A DNA stretch of 64,000 nt from Methylobacter sp. (GTDB lineage Bacteria; Pseudomonadota; Gammaproteobacteria; Methylococcales; Methylomonadaceae). Below are positions 31,483 to 41,912 of this stretch, piece after piece. The notes under the pieces were generated by a model. The model was not told the origin of the DNA, ran no database searches, and saw only the letters and a list, made by a program, of their open reading frames with translations. Location of the stretch: NCBI GenBank assembly GCA_030655535.1, contig JAURVK010000068.1, forward strand, positions 7,316 through 71,315, given 5' to 3'. Position 1 is the stretch's first letter, and every line of letters begins with the position of its first letter. The position numbers and the translations under genes are program-made.

Positions 31483-31622
31483 CAGCCAGTCCGACACGTT
31501 CCGGTGTAGTCCATATTTCCTAAATAAAATCAGACGCTTACTATATTTTATTGCAGTGATGTATCAGCTCGCAACAGTGCTCAGGTGCGAGCATCCCCGA
31601 CTAAGGATTGGGGCCGGGGCAT

Positions 31623-33491
31623 TCAGCTGTAGCGTGAACAGGGCTTTATCTTAAATTTGGCAAAGATCTCTGCCTGAACAGAGGAATTCACTAAATCATG
31701 AAAAGCATATCGCTCCAGTAACTGTTCACTCGGTTTACCAAAAATATAACCCTGCCCATAATCGATACCCATTTCTCTTAAAAAATGAATCGTTTTTGGA
31801 CATTCAACAAATTCAGCTATGGTTTTTTTACCCATTTTTTTTGCAATCTGATGCATTGATCGCACCAACATCTGATCTGTTTCATCATTCAACAAATTCG
31901 TAATAAACTGACCATCAATTTTCACATAATCAACAGGAAACGTTTTCAAATAGTTAAAAGAGCAAAAACCGGCACCAAAATCATCCAACGCAAAATGACA
32001 GCCCAATGCGCGAATGTGATTAATCATCGACCTTGTTTGTTTATAATTCTCTACCGCCGCTGTTTCAGTAATTTCAAAGGTAAGACGTTCGGCTCTGACA
32101 CCGGTCATTTCAAGTTTTTGTTTAATCATTGGCAATAAAGATAGATCCTGAAAAGCAACACTGGACAGGTTGACAGCCAAAGAAATATGCAACTGCTCGA
32201 CGGGCAGCGCAGCAAGATAATCAATGGCACTTTCGACTACCCATAAATCAATACCATGAATCAACCCCATTCTTTCAGCTGCTGGAATAAACTCACCTGG
32301 ATCAATCATTACACCATCTTCGTCCCTTAATCGAATTAAGACTTCATAATGAGAAACCTCACCATTAATGAGTTTCACAACTGGCTGAAATACCAGAAAA
32401 AAACGTTTGCTTATTAAAGCCTCTCTTATGATTGGAACCCAATAAATATCACGATGCCTTTCTCTAATGGCAGCATCTTCGCTGTCATATTTCCATACTG
32501 TATTTCCTCCATAAGTCTTGGCCATACAACAAGCCTGATGGGCCTGAAAAATGAGTTCTCGGGGGTGTAGTATTGATTTTGCAGAATTTAACGAACTTAA
32601 TCCTATAGAAACAGTGATATTGTAAGCAATTTTTTCTATTATAAAACGAAAATTATCTATAGATGTTTTGATTTTTTTCGACCAGATTTCAGCCTGAATA
32701 ATTGTGCAGTTATCCAGATAAAGACCGAATTTATCGGAGTCGATCCGGGCAAACAGTCCAACATTATTTAACGCGTTTCTTATCAAACCGATGACTTCTA
32801 CTAGCAAACGATCTCCAACATCAAAACCTTCCAGTTCATTAAACAAACTGAACCGGTCAAGGTCGATAAACAACAGCACACTGTCCTGAGAAAAGTTTCT
32901 ACTGCTATTCCGGTTCAATGTCAGCTGAATATGCTGTTCTAAACTGCTCCTGTTAAGCAGACCGGTGAGTTCGTCATGTACAACCAGGTACCTGAGCCTT
33001 GCATCGACAAGTTTACGTTCAGATAATTCCGTTAATAGCCTTTCTTCCTGTTTATAGCGCAGATATTTTTCATTTTTTAAACAAATGAAAAAATTAACAG
33101 CCATTTGCAACTCAACCGAGCTATAGTGCTCTTTTAGATGATGAACAAGATACCGATCACCTAAAGTCCAATCAAAATCTGAATATAAGGTTTTTTTTAA
33201 AACAATAATAGGAATAAATACGCCACCGTCCCCATCGGAAAAAGATTTGTACAAATCTTTAATCTGACAACCGGGTAAGTCATCACTGATAATAATTAGG
33301 CCTATCGCTTCCGGATTTTCGTAATATTCCCTGGAAATCTTATAAATTTCAGTGCCATTAACGGCAAATTTAAAATTATAAAAACCCTTGTTCTGTAATT
33401 CCTCGGTGATCCTTGCTACTGAAGACTCATTAGTTTCAGCAATAATAATAACTTCTTGTTTCCGCGAATCAAATAACACACTAATCTCCAA
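31623..33491 (-). CDS. c-di-GMP phosphodiesterase (receiver-like N-terminus, degenerate GGDEF, EAL)
   Basis: GGDEF site reads DSDKF; EAL domain has EVLIR, EITE, DDFGAG, KIDG and QGY. Confidence 0.88.
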   Translation of the reverse strand: MEISVLFDSRKQEVIIIAETNESSVARITEELQNKGFYNFKFAVNGTEIYKISREYYENPEAIGLIIISDDLPGCQIKDLYKSFSDGDGGVFIPIIVLKKTLYSDFDWTLGDRYLVHHLKEHYSSVELQMAVNFFICLKNEKYLRYKQEERLLTELSERKLVDARLRYLVVHDELTGLLNRSSLEQHIQLTLNRNSSRNFSQDSVLLFIDLDRFSLFNELEGFDVGDRLLVEVIGLIRNALNNVGLFARIDSDKFGLYLDNCTIIQAEIWSKKIKTSIDNFRFIIEKIAYNITVSIGLSSLNSAKSILHPRELIFQAHQACCMAKTYGGNTVWKYDSEDAAIRERHRDIYWVPIIREALISKRFFLVFQPVVKLINGEVSHYEVLIRLRDEDGVMIDPGEFIPAAERMGLIHGIDLWVVESAIDYLAALPVEQLHISLAVNLSSVAFQDLSLLPMIKQKLEMTGVRAERLTFEITETAAVENYKQTRSMINHIRALGCHFALDDFGAGFCSFNYLKTFPVDYVKIDGQFITNLLNDETDQMLVRSMHQIAKKMGKKTIAEFVECPKTIHFLREMGIDYGQGYIFGKPSEQLLERYAFHDLVNSSVQAEIFAKFKIKPCSRYS

Positions 33492-33522
33492 ACAGAATTG
33501 TCAGGCATAATAATCAGATTTT

Positions 33523-33578
33523 AGGGAACTTCTAAAAACCTCGTTAAACGCGAGCGTAATCTATTTTTAGAAGTCCTC
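33523..33578. repeat. Small inverted-repeat (MITE-like) remnant
   Basis: AGGGAACTTCTAAAAA ... TTTTTAGAAGTCCTCT. Confidence 0.5.
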
Positions 33579-33739
33579 TTTATATTTTTATTGCTTACGA
33601 AACTCAAACTGTCTAAATTGACACTAGCTCTAATAATTTATTTTTCTTGAATTCCTTCAAATCCTAACTAGTCTTTATGACAATGGTTCATTATGTGAAC
33701 TCCATCGGATAAAGTATAGACAATAAAATTTAATTTCCT

Positions 33740-34582
33740 ATGTTAGCCGCCATTTCTTCTAATTTAAAAATTTCAGATCTGTTCAGGGGTGATTTGCAAT
33801 TAACTTCACCGCCGAACATCTATTTTGAACTGAAACAAACCATTGAAAACCCTGATAAATCAATTACGGATATCGGTTTTATCATTGAACAAGATCTTGC
33901 ATTATCGATCCGGACGCTTAAAATAGTTAACAGTGCTTTTTTTGGTCTTCCTGGACAAATCGCATCGATTAAGTACGCTATAACCATTATTGGTGTCCAG
34001 AAATTACAAAATCTGGTACTGGCTACTGTAGTTATTGACAAGTTTTCATCAATGCCCGGAGGTCTCCTGTCCATGCAAGACTTCTGGGCCAGAAGTTTAC
34101 GTTGCGCACTCATTAGCAAAGAACTCTGCATTTATCACAACAACAAGAACGACCTTGACTCAATGTTTATTTGCGGATTACTGCACGATATTGGCCAACT
34201 GGTTTTCTACCGCAGAATTCCTGAATTAGCACGTCAAATCGGTCTTTTAATTGAGTTGAACGATGTTGATGAAATTGAAGCAGAAAACAATATACTTGGT
34301 TTTAATCATTATCAGACAGGTGCCGAATTAGCCCGGTTATGGAGACTACCTGAAATCATCATTGAAACCATCGCTCAACATGATAATCCTGATTATACCG
34401 GCGTGTTTGCAGATGCAGCATCAATTATAAGAACCGCTAATTATCTGTGTAAAATTGACGCAAAGCACCCCTTTCCAAATATTGTTTACAATAATATACC
34501 GGCAAACGATTTGAGTAACATCATTGATAAAGTTCGTAATCAATTTGAAGCTATTTTTAAACTCTTCTACTCAACACATTAA
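33740..34582 (+). CDS. HDOD domain protein
   Basis: LKIVNSAFFG, GLLHDIGQL and LARLWRLP motifs. Confidence 0.9.
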   Translation: MLAAISSNLKISDLFRGDLQLTSPPNIYFELKQTIENPDKSITDIGFIIEQDLALSIRTLKIVNSAFFGLPGQIASIKYAITIIGVQKLQNLVLATVVIDKFSSMPGGLLSMQDFWARSLRCALISKELCIYHNNKNDLDSMFICGLLHDIGQLVFYRRIPELARQIGLLIELNDVDEIEAENNILGFNHYQTGAELARLWRLPEIIIETIAQHDNPDYTGVFADAASIIRTANYLCKIDAKHPFPNIVYNNIPANDLSNIIDKVRNQFEAIFKLFYSTH

Positions 34583-35105
34583 ACTAAAAATTATACTCAT
34601 TAACATCAATGCACCAATCTAAGGTATCGCAACGAAATTAAGGATTTTAGGGAATAACTATTTATCGGTTGGCTTAAGGAATATGGTTACGTTATTTTAG
34701 GTGTTGTTGAATAAATCAGTTTACCTACGATGGCGAACTCTAGTTTCTCAAGTTGTTTTAGATAAGCAACCTGATGCGCGAGTAATTATCCACCGCCACA
34801 CGTTTCAAACCTTGGCGACACACAGCGAGACCAACATATTCAAATTATTGCGCAACAATGGCGAATCGCATGGCAGCAAAAAACGTAAGCACGGATCATT
34901 GTGTTTGCACTCAATAGAATGACAATGAGCATGCCGGTGTCCATAAAAATCCAGCTAACGCTAGAGATTGGTTGATTTTGGCTAAAGTTTGATTTACTCA
35001 ACAACGCCGATGCAGAAGGTAAAACAATGCAGGAGTATAAGCGGGGAAAAGTCTTATACCATATCAGAAAACCGGATGGTATCCTGATATGGTTTCAGGT
35101 CGGTT

Positions 35106-35492
35106 TTAGATCAAACTTTTCAAGTCATTGAATGCTTTTAGCGCATTTCTTAATTCTTGTTCAGCTTCTTGTAACGCTGCTTCTTTAGCATGTTTTCTGG
35201 CCAACTTTAGTATGTTATTAGCTTTTGAGCGAGCAATATCAACTTTATCATTAGCATTGATTTCTTTGCTTGCATCCGATGCGTCTTTAATAAGTTCGGC
35301 AACTTGTTCCCCTTCCGAACCACTAGTCACAGCATCCAGCGCTACTTTAATCTTACCGGTTACTATATCAATTGCCTCAGCAGGAGCATATGTAATTCTA
35401 CCAGCATCAGTTTCAGCCAATACTGAAGTTGAAACTGCACCCATAGAAGCTGCAATTAATAAAGATAGTAAGATTTTTTTTAAGATTTTCAT
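35106..35492 (-). CDS. Small exported helical protein
   Basis: Signal peptide (VLA-E) and Ala/Lys-rich helical mature part. Confidence 0.8.
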   Translation of the reverse strand: MKILKKILLSLLIAASMGAVSTSVLAETDAGRITYAPAEAIDIVTGKIKVALDAVTSGSEGEQVAELIKDASDASKEINANDKVDIARSKANNILKLARKHAKEAALQEAEQELRNALKAFNDLKSLI

Positions 35493-35787
35493 ATTAGCCA
35501 GTCCTCAAGTATTGTTATATTGGAGTTAAGCATTACAACTATTTTAAAAAATAGCTATGTGCCAAAGCCAATTCTAACACATTTTGAATCTTTTCAACCA
35601 GCCATGAAAGAGTGATTTATAGTGAGTTTTGAATTTTAAAATCAGATCCAATCACATTGATAAGATGATTGAATCTGGCTTTATAGCATATATATGCCTT
35701 CGTTAATTAAGCTACATAGACCTGTCTGCCAATCAAGGTCATCATGCGTTTGTTATGCCGCTTAATCAGATCAGGTTTCTATAATTA

Positions 35788-36171
35788 TTAATGAGTTAAA
35801 TCGTATTTAGCTTTCATTTCTGTAAATAATGCTAAAGATGACGCTAAGTCAGCTTCTCCAGCTTCAACATTACCAGTATCAATAGACTTACGAGCGGTTT
35901 TTAATAGACTGGTCGCTTTTTGACGTTGACGTTCGGTAAGTTCAAAACGGAATTCTTTTGAATCATGGGCAGCTTTAAGAATATCTTTTGAAGCGCTTGA
36001 TAAGTCGCCACTTTTAATTGCGGCTTGAGCAGTTGCTATTCCTGCAAGGGTTTTTTCAATGGCTTCTTTAACTGCCGCTTCGCCTTCAGGCGCAGCAAAA
36101 GCAGAAGATGAAATTGCAGCCATAGACATTGCCATAACAAGAGAAACTACGATTTTTTTAAATGCTTTCAT
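35788..36171 (-). CDS. Small exported helical protein, probable paralog of 35106-35492
   Basis: Signal peptide (AFA-A), same length and helical pattern. Confidence 0.8.
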   Translation of the reverse strand: MKAFKKIVVSLVMAMSMAAISSSAFAAPEGEAAVKEAIEKTLAGIATAQAAIKSGDLSSASKDILKAAHDSKEFRFELTERQRQKATSLLKTARKSIDTGNVEAGEADLASSLALFTEMKAKYDLTH

Positions 36172-36325
36172 TGATTATATAAACCTATATTATTGATATT
36201 TAATGTATTCAGCATAACTATTAAAATGCAAATTTATGCGAAAAAGCAAAAATTCAACATTAATGAATGGCTAATACCGCAAGCCATTCTAGCACATAAA
36301 AAAGTGAATTCGAGGTTAATGAGAA

Positions 36326-36517
36326 TTATTCATCATCCCGCTTAACATCAATGATTATTTCTCCTGCATCATTTTCGGACACAATAAATAAAATCGGCGC
36401 ACAGCAAACCGAACAGTCTTGGTAATATTGCTGCGGCCCGGAACTGGTGTCTACCAATACATCCAGGGATTCGCCGCAATACGGGCAAACGATAATAATT
36501 TCATCGGGATCGTGCAT
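36326..36517 (-). CDS. CPXCG-motif cysteine-rich protein
   Basis: CPYCGE...QDCSVCC. Confidence 0.88.
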   Translation of the reverse strand: MHDPDEIIIVCPYCGESLDVLVDTSSGPQQYYQDCSVCCAPILFIVSENDAGEIIIDVKRDDE

Positions 36518-37350
36518 TATTGAACCTTTTTGAGCAAAGCGTCCAGCCAGGACATGGGCAGAATGCGTTTAAGAAAAGCAAATAAATAAGTCGGAAAAGT
36601 CACGTAATAACGTGTTTTAGGACGCTTCGCTTCCAGTGCGTGGATAACTTTTTCGGTAACGGCAACAGCCGGCAAAGTAAAAGGCGCTGCCGCTCCTTGT
36701 TTTTGCAAGCGCACTTCCATGATTTTATAGGTTTGATTGTGGTAGCTGTGGGTCGGGTCTATATTTTTTTTGTACAGGGCGAAGGTATTTTTTCTAAAGT
36801 CGCTTAGGATCGGCCCGGGTTCAACCAGCGAAATATGAATATTAGTGCCGTAAAGCTCCAGGCGCAGGGTATCAGCCAAACCTTCCAGAGCAAACTTGCT
36901 GGCATTATAAGCTCCCCTATAGGGCATCGCGACAAGTCCCAAAATGGAACTGTTATAAATAATGCGTCCATGCCCCTGTTGGCGCATCAAGGGGATGATC
37001 AGATTGGTCAGTTCATGGGTGCCGAACAGATTGGTTTCAAACTGAAACCTGAGTACATCGCGCGTTAAATCCTCAACGGCACCTGGCTGACCAAAAGCAG
37101 CATTGTTAAATAAGGCATCAATTTTTCCACCGGTTAATTGAACTGCCAAATTAACCGCTTGTTGAATGCTGTTGCTGTTAGCCAAATCCAGTTGTATTGC
37201 GGTAAAACCTTGCTGTTGTAAACGGGAGACATCGCCCTGTTTCCTTGCGGTAGCAATAACATGGTGACCGCGTTTTTTTAATGCTACAGCGGTAGTGTAA
37301 CCAATGCCGGTAGAGCAACCGGTGATTAATATTGTTTTAGATGGGATCAT
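36517..37350 (-). CDS. Short-chain dehydrogenase/reductase
   Basis: TGCSTGIG, NNAA and YNASK motifs. Confidence 0.92.
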   Translation of the reverse strand: MIPSKTILITGCSTGIGYTTAVALKKRGHHVIATARKQGDVSRLQQQGFTAIQLDLANSNSIQQAVNLAVQLTGGKIDALFNNAAFGQPGAVEDLTRDVLRFQFETNLFGTHELTNLIIPLMRQQGHGRIIYNSSILGLVAMPYRGAYNASKFALEGLADTLRLELYGTNIHISLVEPGPILSDFRKNTFALYKKNIDPTHSYHNQTYKIMEVRLQKQGAAAPFTLPAVAVTEKVIHALEAKRPKTRYYVTFPTYLFAFLKRILPMSWLDALLKKVQ

Positions 37351-37381
37351 TAAGACAATTAATTGTGATGAGCCGGTCGAA

Positions 37382-37948
37382 TTACTTAACTAATTCCTGC
37401 TCGCTAAAATAAAAGGTTTTTCCGTTGCTGCAACTGACTAAAAAAACCAATGCTTTTTTGGTGCTTTGACTATGCAATTCAGATGATTCAACACGGATAC
37501 ATAACCCTGTAGCCAATGCTTTTTCTGCTGCCTGCCTCCTTAATCGCTCAATTTCGGGAAGTCTGTTCTGATAATTTTTGACGACATCCGGTAATTGATC
37601 GTGAACATAAGGGGGAATAGAAAATGCTGAAAATTTCTCGGGGTTATTTTTAATCAGAAACTGATTTTTTGCACTTTCATTCGCTGCTTCTTGTTTTAAC
37701 TGGGTTTCTTTTCTCAGTAACAGCTCTTGCTGAAGTTTATCATCTTGTTCTTTTTGCTCTAAAACTTGTTTTCCTTGCTCCGGATCACTAGAACCGCCTG
37801 TTTTAACATTAATTTGTTCAGTTTTTTGCGCCTGATCGCAAGGCTTTGATTGGTAATTTATTTTTCCGGTAACGTCCGTACATTTGTAAATTCCTGCAAA
37901 AGCACAGCTAGAAAAAAGACTTCCTAAAATAAGCAGTGTAGTTCTCAT
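37382..37948 (-). CDS. Exported DUF4124-like protein
   Basis: Signal peptide then IYKCTDVTGKINYQSKPC; start taken at MRTTLL. Confidence 0.75.
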   Translation of the reverse strand: MRTTLLILGSLFSSCAFAGIYKCTDVTGKINYQSKPCDQAQKTEQINVKTGGSSDPEQGKQVLEQKEQDDKLQQELLLRKETQLKQEAANESAKNQFLIKNNPEKFSAFSIPPYVHDQLPDVVKNYQNRLPEIERLRRQAAEKALATGLCIRVESSELHSQSTKKALVFLVSCSNGKTFYFSEQELVK

Positions 37949-38009
37949 TTTTTCCTCGATTGCTCTTTCATAAGTAACAGTTCGCAAGAATATAGGTGAT
38001 AAAGACAAG

Positions 38010-38420
38010 CGGATTAAAATAATAATTGATTTTTAAATCAAGTGCCTAAGATGTTCCAATAAGCGCTATTAAATAATAAGTTATTGATTTTACAATAAAA
38101 TAAACCATTGAGTACAGTAGCCCCGCTGATAACGATAATTTGTTCAAATTAATAATAACAAATTAAAAGTATTTAAAATTTATTATTATTATTAAGTAAG
38201 CATGATCTTGTTGATAAGTCATTTTTTATCAAAAAAATCAGCTTGTTGTAATAGATGGTAAGGTGCGTTTAAGATTATCCAGATGCTGTGGATTGATTGT
38301 GGGTAACTAAGGGATTAAGGTTATCCACAATCTCATCCACAACTTATTAAGAGTTTTTTAACAGATTTACTCTATGTTGTCTTGCTCAATAACTGTATAA
38401 AATAGGCAAGTTTTCGTTGA
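38010..38420. promoter_or_regulatory. AT-rich intergenic region with DnaA boxes and IHF site (oriC candidate 2)
   Basis: TTATCCACA 38321; variants at 38209, 38275, 38287, 38298 and 38333; IHF consensus match TAAGTTATTGATT 38077-38089; TAT run near 38180. Confidence 0.7.
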
Positions 38421-38530
38421 AAAGATGATTAACCGACAATAAATGGGTCGGTTAAAACCTGCCTGGTGCTTAATGTATAAGGCTTGCGTACTGTGTTTAC
38501 GATTAATAACCTCATCATGTCAGAACAATT

Positions 38531-39523
38531 ATGTTAGAAAAAAACGGCAATAAAGATACGGTTCAACCGGCATTAATGCGGTTGAAAAATTATATTAATC
38601 AAGAGATTATCGGACAGGATGTGCTGGTCGAACGGATGTTGATCGGCCTGTTGTCCGACGGTCACATTCTGGTTGAAGGCGCTCCGGGTCTTGCCAAGAC
38701 CCGGGCGATCAATGTATTAAGCAAAGGCATACAAGGCGATTTTCATCGGGTACAGTTCACCCCCGATTTATTGCCTGCCGATTTAACCGGCACTGAAATT
38801 TACCGTCCCCAGCAAGGCACCTTTGAATTTCAAAAAGGGCCTCTGTTTCATAATTTGATATTGGCTGATGAAATCAACCGATCACCGGCGAAAGTGCAGG
38901 CGGCGTTATTGGAGGCGATGGCCGAGCGGCAAATAACCGTAGGTCAGGCGACTTATCCGCTGCCGAAATTGTTTATGGTGATGGCAACGCAAAACCCTAT
39001 TGAGCAGGAAGGCACTTATCCGCTCCCGGAAGCGCAGCTGGATCGTTTTTTGCTACATATAAAAATTGATTATCCAAAAGCGGAACATGAAAAAAATATT
39101 TTGCATTTGGCCAGAACGGAAGCGCGTTCCGGTTCGGTAAGAAATGGCGAGCAGTTCGAGCCGCTTGAGCAAAAGACTTTGTTTGCGGCGCGTAATGAGG
39201 TGCTGGATTTGCATATGGCAGAAAGCCTTGAACACTATTTGCTGCAAATTATTCTGGCTACCCGCAATCCTGCGGCTTATGGACAGGATCTGGCGGCCTG
39301 GTTGCAATATGGCGCAAGCCCTAGAGCCAGCATAGCGCTGGATCGCTGTTCCAGAGCTAAAGCCTGGTTGGCGCAACGCGATTTTGTCAGCCCGGAAGAT
39401 ATTCAGGACATGGCTTTTGACGTGTTACGGCATCGCTTGATATTGTCATACGAGGCCGAGGCGGAAGGCATTACCACGGATCATGTTATTAACGAACTGA
39501 TTGCCCGAGTTGCTGTACCTTAA
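38531..39523 (+). CDS. MoxR-family AAA+ ATPase
   Basis: EGAPGLAKT, QFTPDLLPAD, DEINR and YPLPEAQLDRF motifs. Confidence 0.95.
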   Translation: MLEKNGNKDTVQPALMRLKNYINQEIIGQDVLVERMLIGLLSDGHILVEGAPGLAKTRAINVLSKGIQGDFHRVQFTPDLLPADLTGTEIYRPQQGTFEFQKGPLFHNLILADEINRSPAKVQAALLEAMAERQITVGQATYPLPKLFMVMATQNPIEQEGTYPLPEAQLDRFLLHIKIDYPKAEHEKNILHLARTEARSGSVRNGEQFEPLEQKTLFAARNEVLDLHMAESLEHYLLQIILATRNPAAYGQDLAAWLQYGASPRASIALDRCSRAKAWLAQRDFVSPEDIQDMAFDVLRHRLILSYEAEAEGITTDHVINELIARVAVP

Positions 39524-40464
39524 TGTTTTTTGCTAAACAAGCAGGCCTAGCCAAGGCCTCAGCCAGTGAATTGGTTTCCGTGTCGTTAAAAACGCTGATC
39601 GATTTGGCCAGACCGGCAGCGGGATTAAATCTGAAACATTCAGCCATACGTGCCGGACAGAGCGGCGGTTATGTGTCGCGTTTTAAAGGTCGCGGCATGG
39701 AGTTTGAAGAAGCCAGGATTTACCAACCGGGCGATGACATACGCAGCATCGATTGGCGGGTCACCGCGCGCACCGGAAAAACCCATACCAAGGTGTTTCG
39801 CGAGGAACGCGAAAGGCCGGTGTTTATTTCTGTGGATAACCGCGTTGCGATGCATTTTGCGACACGCGGTGTTTTTAAATCGGTACTGGCTGCCAAACTA
39901 GCCGGTTTGCTGGCATGGGCGGCTCAGCATCACGGCGACAGGATTGGCGGGCAGATATTTACGGCAGATGTGTGCCGGGAATTAAAACCGCAAAACGGCA
40001 GGCATGCGGTATTGCGGTTTTTAAATGCTATTGTTTGCGGGAGCGACTTTAGCCGCCGGGCGACTGAAGTCGCTCCTACAGCCGCCCCCACCGTTACCTT
40101 GGAACAGGCGTTGGCAAGGCTTATGTTCCATGTCCGTCCCGGCAGTCGGGTTTATATGATCAGCGATTTTCGTGGCATTAATGATCAGGTTGAAAACTAT
40201 CTGGCAAAGCTGTCGCGACATTGCGAGGTGGTGTTGATTTTTGTCTACGATCCGCTGGAAAGTCATTTGCCGGAAAAAGGCCGATATCGCTTTACCGACG
40301 GGAAACGTGATGTGGTGATTGATACCGGCGACCTTCAGCGGTTATTAAAATATCAGCAACATTTTACCCAGCGGCGGTATCAGCTGGAGCAGATAGCAAA
40401 AAAATTGGGTCTGGCGTTTATTCAATGCAGTACCACAGACAATCCGATACAACGTTTAAGATAA
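39523..40464 (+). CDS. DUF58 protein with an in-frame REP insertion
   Basis: GRGMEFEEARIYQPGDDIRSIDWRVTAR and ISDF motifs. Confidence 0.92.
   Translation: MFFAKQAGLAKASASELVSVSLKTLIDLARPAAGLNLKHSAIRAGQSGGYVSRFKGRGMEFEEARIYQPGDDIRSIDWRVTARTGKTHTKVFREERERPVFISVDNRVAMHFATRGVFKSVLAAKLAGLLAWAAQHHGDRIGGQIFTADVCRELKPQNGRHAVLRFLNAIVCGSDFSRRATEVAPTAAPTVTLEQALARLMFHVRPGSRVYMISDFRGINDQVENYLAKLSRHCEVVLIFVYDPLESHLPEKGRYRFTDGKRDVVIDTGDLQRLLKYQQHFTQRRYQLEQIAKKLGLAFIQCSTTDNPIQRLR
40036..40080. repeat. REP doublet inserted in frame (CGSDFSRRATEVAPT)
   Basis: 45 nt, same family as 7922-7969. Confidence 0.82.
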
Positions 40465-40935
40465 ATGAATCCTACTCTCCTTGATTTAAAAGACATCCAC
40501 GAACCCGAAGTCATAGGCTGGTGGCCTCCGGCTATCGGCTGGTGGATCTTGGCGGTATTAACTCTGTTGCTGATTATTTTTTTTATCTGGCTATATAAAA
40601 GGCTGACCCGCAAGACTGCGCTTAAAACGGCCGGAAAAATATTGACTCAGATCAAACATGACACTACGCGGGATAACCTTCAAAAATTATGCGCTGTTTC
40701 GGTACTGCTCAGGCGGGTAGCTATCAGTGTGTCGCCTCGGGTAAAGGCCGCCGGTTTAACCGGACGCCAATGGCTGGCATTTCTTGACGATTCGGTAAAA
40801 GCTGCGCCGTTCACCGAGGGTATCGGTCAACTTCTGGCGGATGCGCCCTATCGAAAAACGCCGCCGACAGAACTGGAAATTTCCCAACTGATCGACCTAT
40901 GCGAAGACTGGCTTAAAGCCCAGGTAAAAACATGA
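40465..40935 (+). CDS. DUF4381 membrane protein
   Basis: LKDIHEP..IGWWPPAIGWW; position in the MoxR/Bat operon. Confidence 0.85.
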   Translation: MNPTLLDLKDIHEPEVIGWWPPAIGWWILAVLTLLLIIFFIWLYKRLTRKTALKTAGKILTQIKHDTTRDNLQKLCAVSVLLRRVAISVSPRVKAAGLTGRQWLAFLDDSVKAAPFTEGIGQLLADAPYRKTPPTELEISQLIDLCEDWLKAQVKT

Positions 40936-41912
40936 TTCACTTTGAATGGCCTTGGTTATTGACCGCTTTACCCTTGCCCTTATTAATCCGCTGGTTGTTT
41001 CCTGCAAACAAACCTGTTGAACAGGCGGCATTAAAAGTTCCGTTTTTAGACGATTTTTCCGATGTCGAAACCCGGTCTGTTGCCCAAACTCAAGCATGGC
41101 CGTTATTGCTGGCGGCGCTTGCCTGGTTGTTACTGGTCATCGCCTGTACCCGCCCGCAATGGCTGGGCGAGCCGATTGAGCAGGCGGTCAGCGGTCGGGA
41201 TTTAATGTTGGCGGTGGATTTGTCCGGCAGTATGGAAGAACAGGATTTTGTGATTAACAAGCGGGCTGTCGACCGGCTGACAGCTGCCAAAGGCGTTGCC
41301 GGAGATTTTATCAACCGGCGTGTCGGCGACAGGGTGGGCTTGATCCTGTTCGGAACCCAGGCCTATTTGCAAACGCCGTTAACCTTCGACCGAAAAACCG
41401 TGATGACCTTATTAAACGAGTCTGTCATCGGCTTGGCAGGAGACAATACCGCGATAGGCGACGCGATCGGCTTGGCGGTCAAGCGTCTTAAAGGTGAGTA
41501 CACCAATAGCCGGGTATTGATATTGATGACTGACGGCGCCAATACCGCCGGTGAAGTATCACCGTTAAAGGCCGCCGAATTGGCCGCCGCTAATCATTTG
41601 AAAATTTACACGATCGGCATAGGCGCAGATGAAATGATCGTGCGCAGTTTTTTTGGCAACCGCAAGGTTAACCCCTCTGTCGATCTGGACGAGAAAACCT
41701 TGATCAAGATTGCCGAAAGTACCGGCGGCCAATATTATCGGGCCAGAAATACCGATGAGCTGAATAATATCTACATGAGGCTGGACGAGCTGGAACCGGT
41801 TGAAAAAGATAAACAATATTTCAGGCCCCGTAGCGAATTGTATTTCTGGCCGTTGTCGCTGGCATTGGGTCTGGCGGCGGTCATTGCTTTGTCGAAGGTG
41901 CGATTGCGATGA
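40932..41912 (+). CDS. VWA domain protein (BatA-like)
   Basis: DLSGSM MIDAS, TAIGDAIGLA and MTDGAN motifs. Confidence 0.92.
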   Translation: MIHFEWPWLLTALPLPLLIRWLFPANKPVEQAALKVPFLDDFSDVETRSVAQTQAWPLLLAALAWLLLVIACTRPQWLGEPIEQAVSGRDLMLAVDLSGSMEEQDFVINKRAVDRLTAAKGVAGDFINRRVGDRVGLILFGTQAYLQTPLTFDRKTVMTLLNESVIGLAGDNTAIGDAIGLAVKRLKGEYTNSRVLILMTDGANTAGEVSPLKAAELAAANHLKIYTIGIGADEMIVRSFFGNRKVNPSVDLDEKTLIKIAESTGGQYYRARNTDELNNIYMRLDELEPVEKDKQYFRPRSELYFWPLSLALGLAAVIALSKVRLR

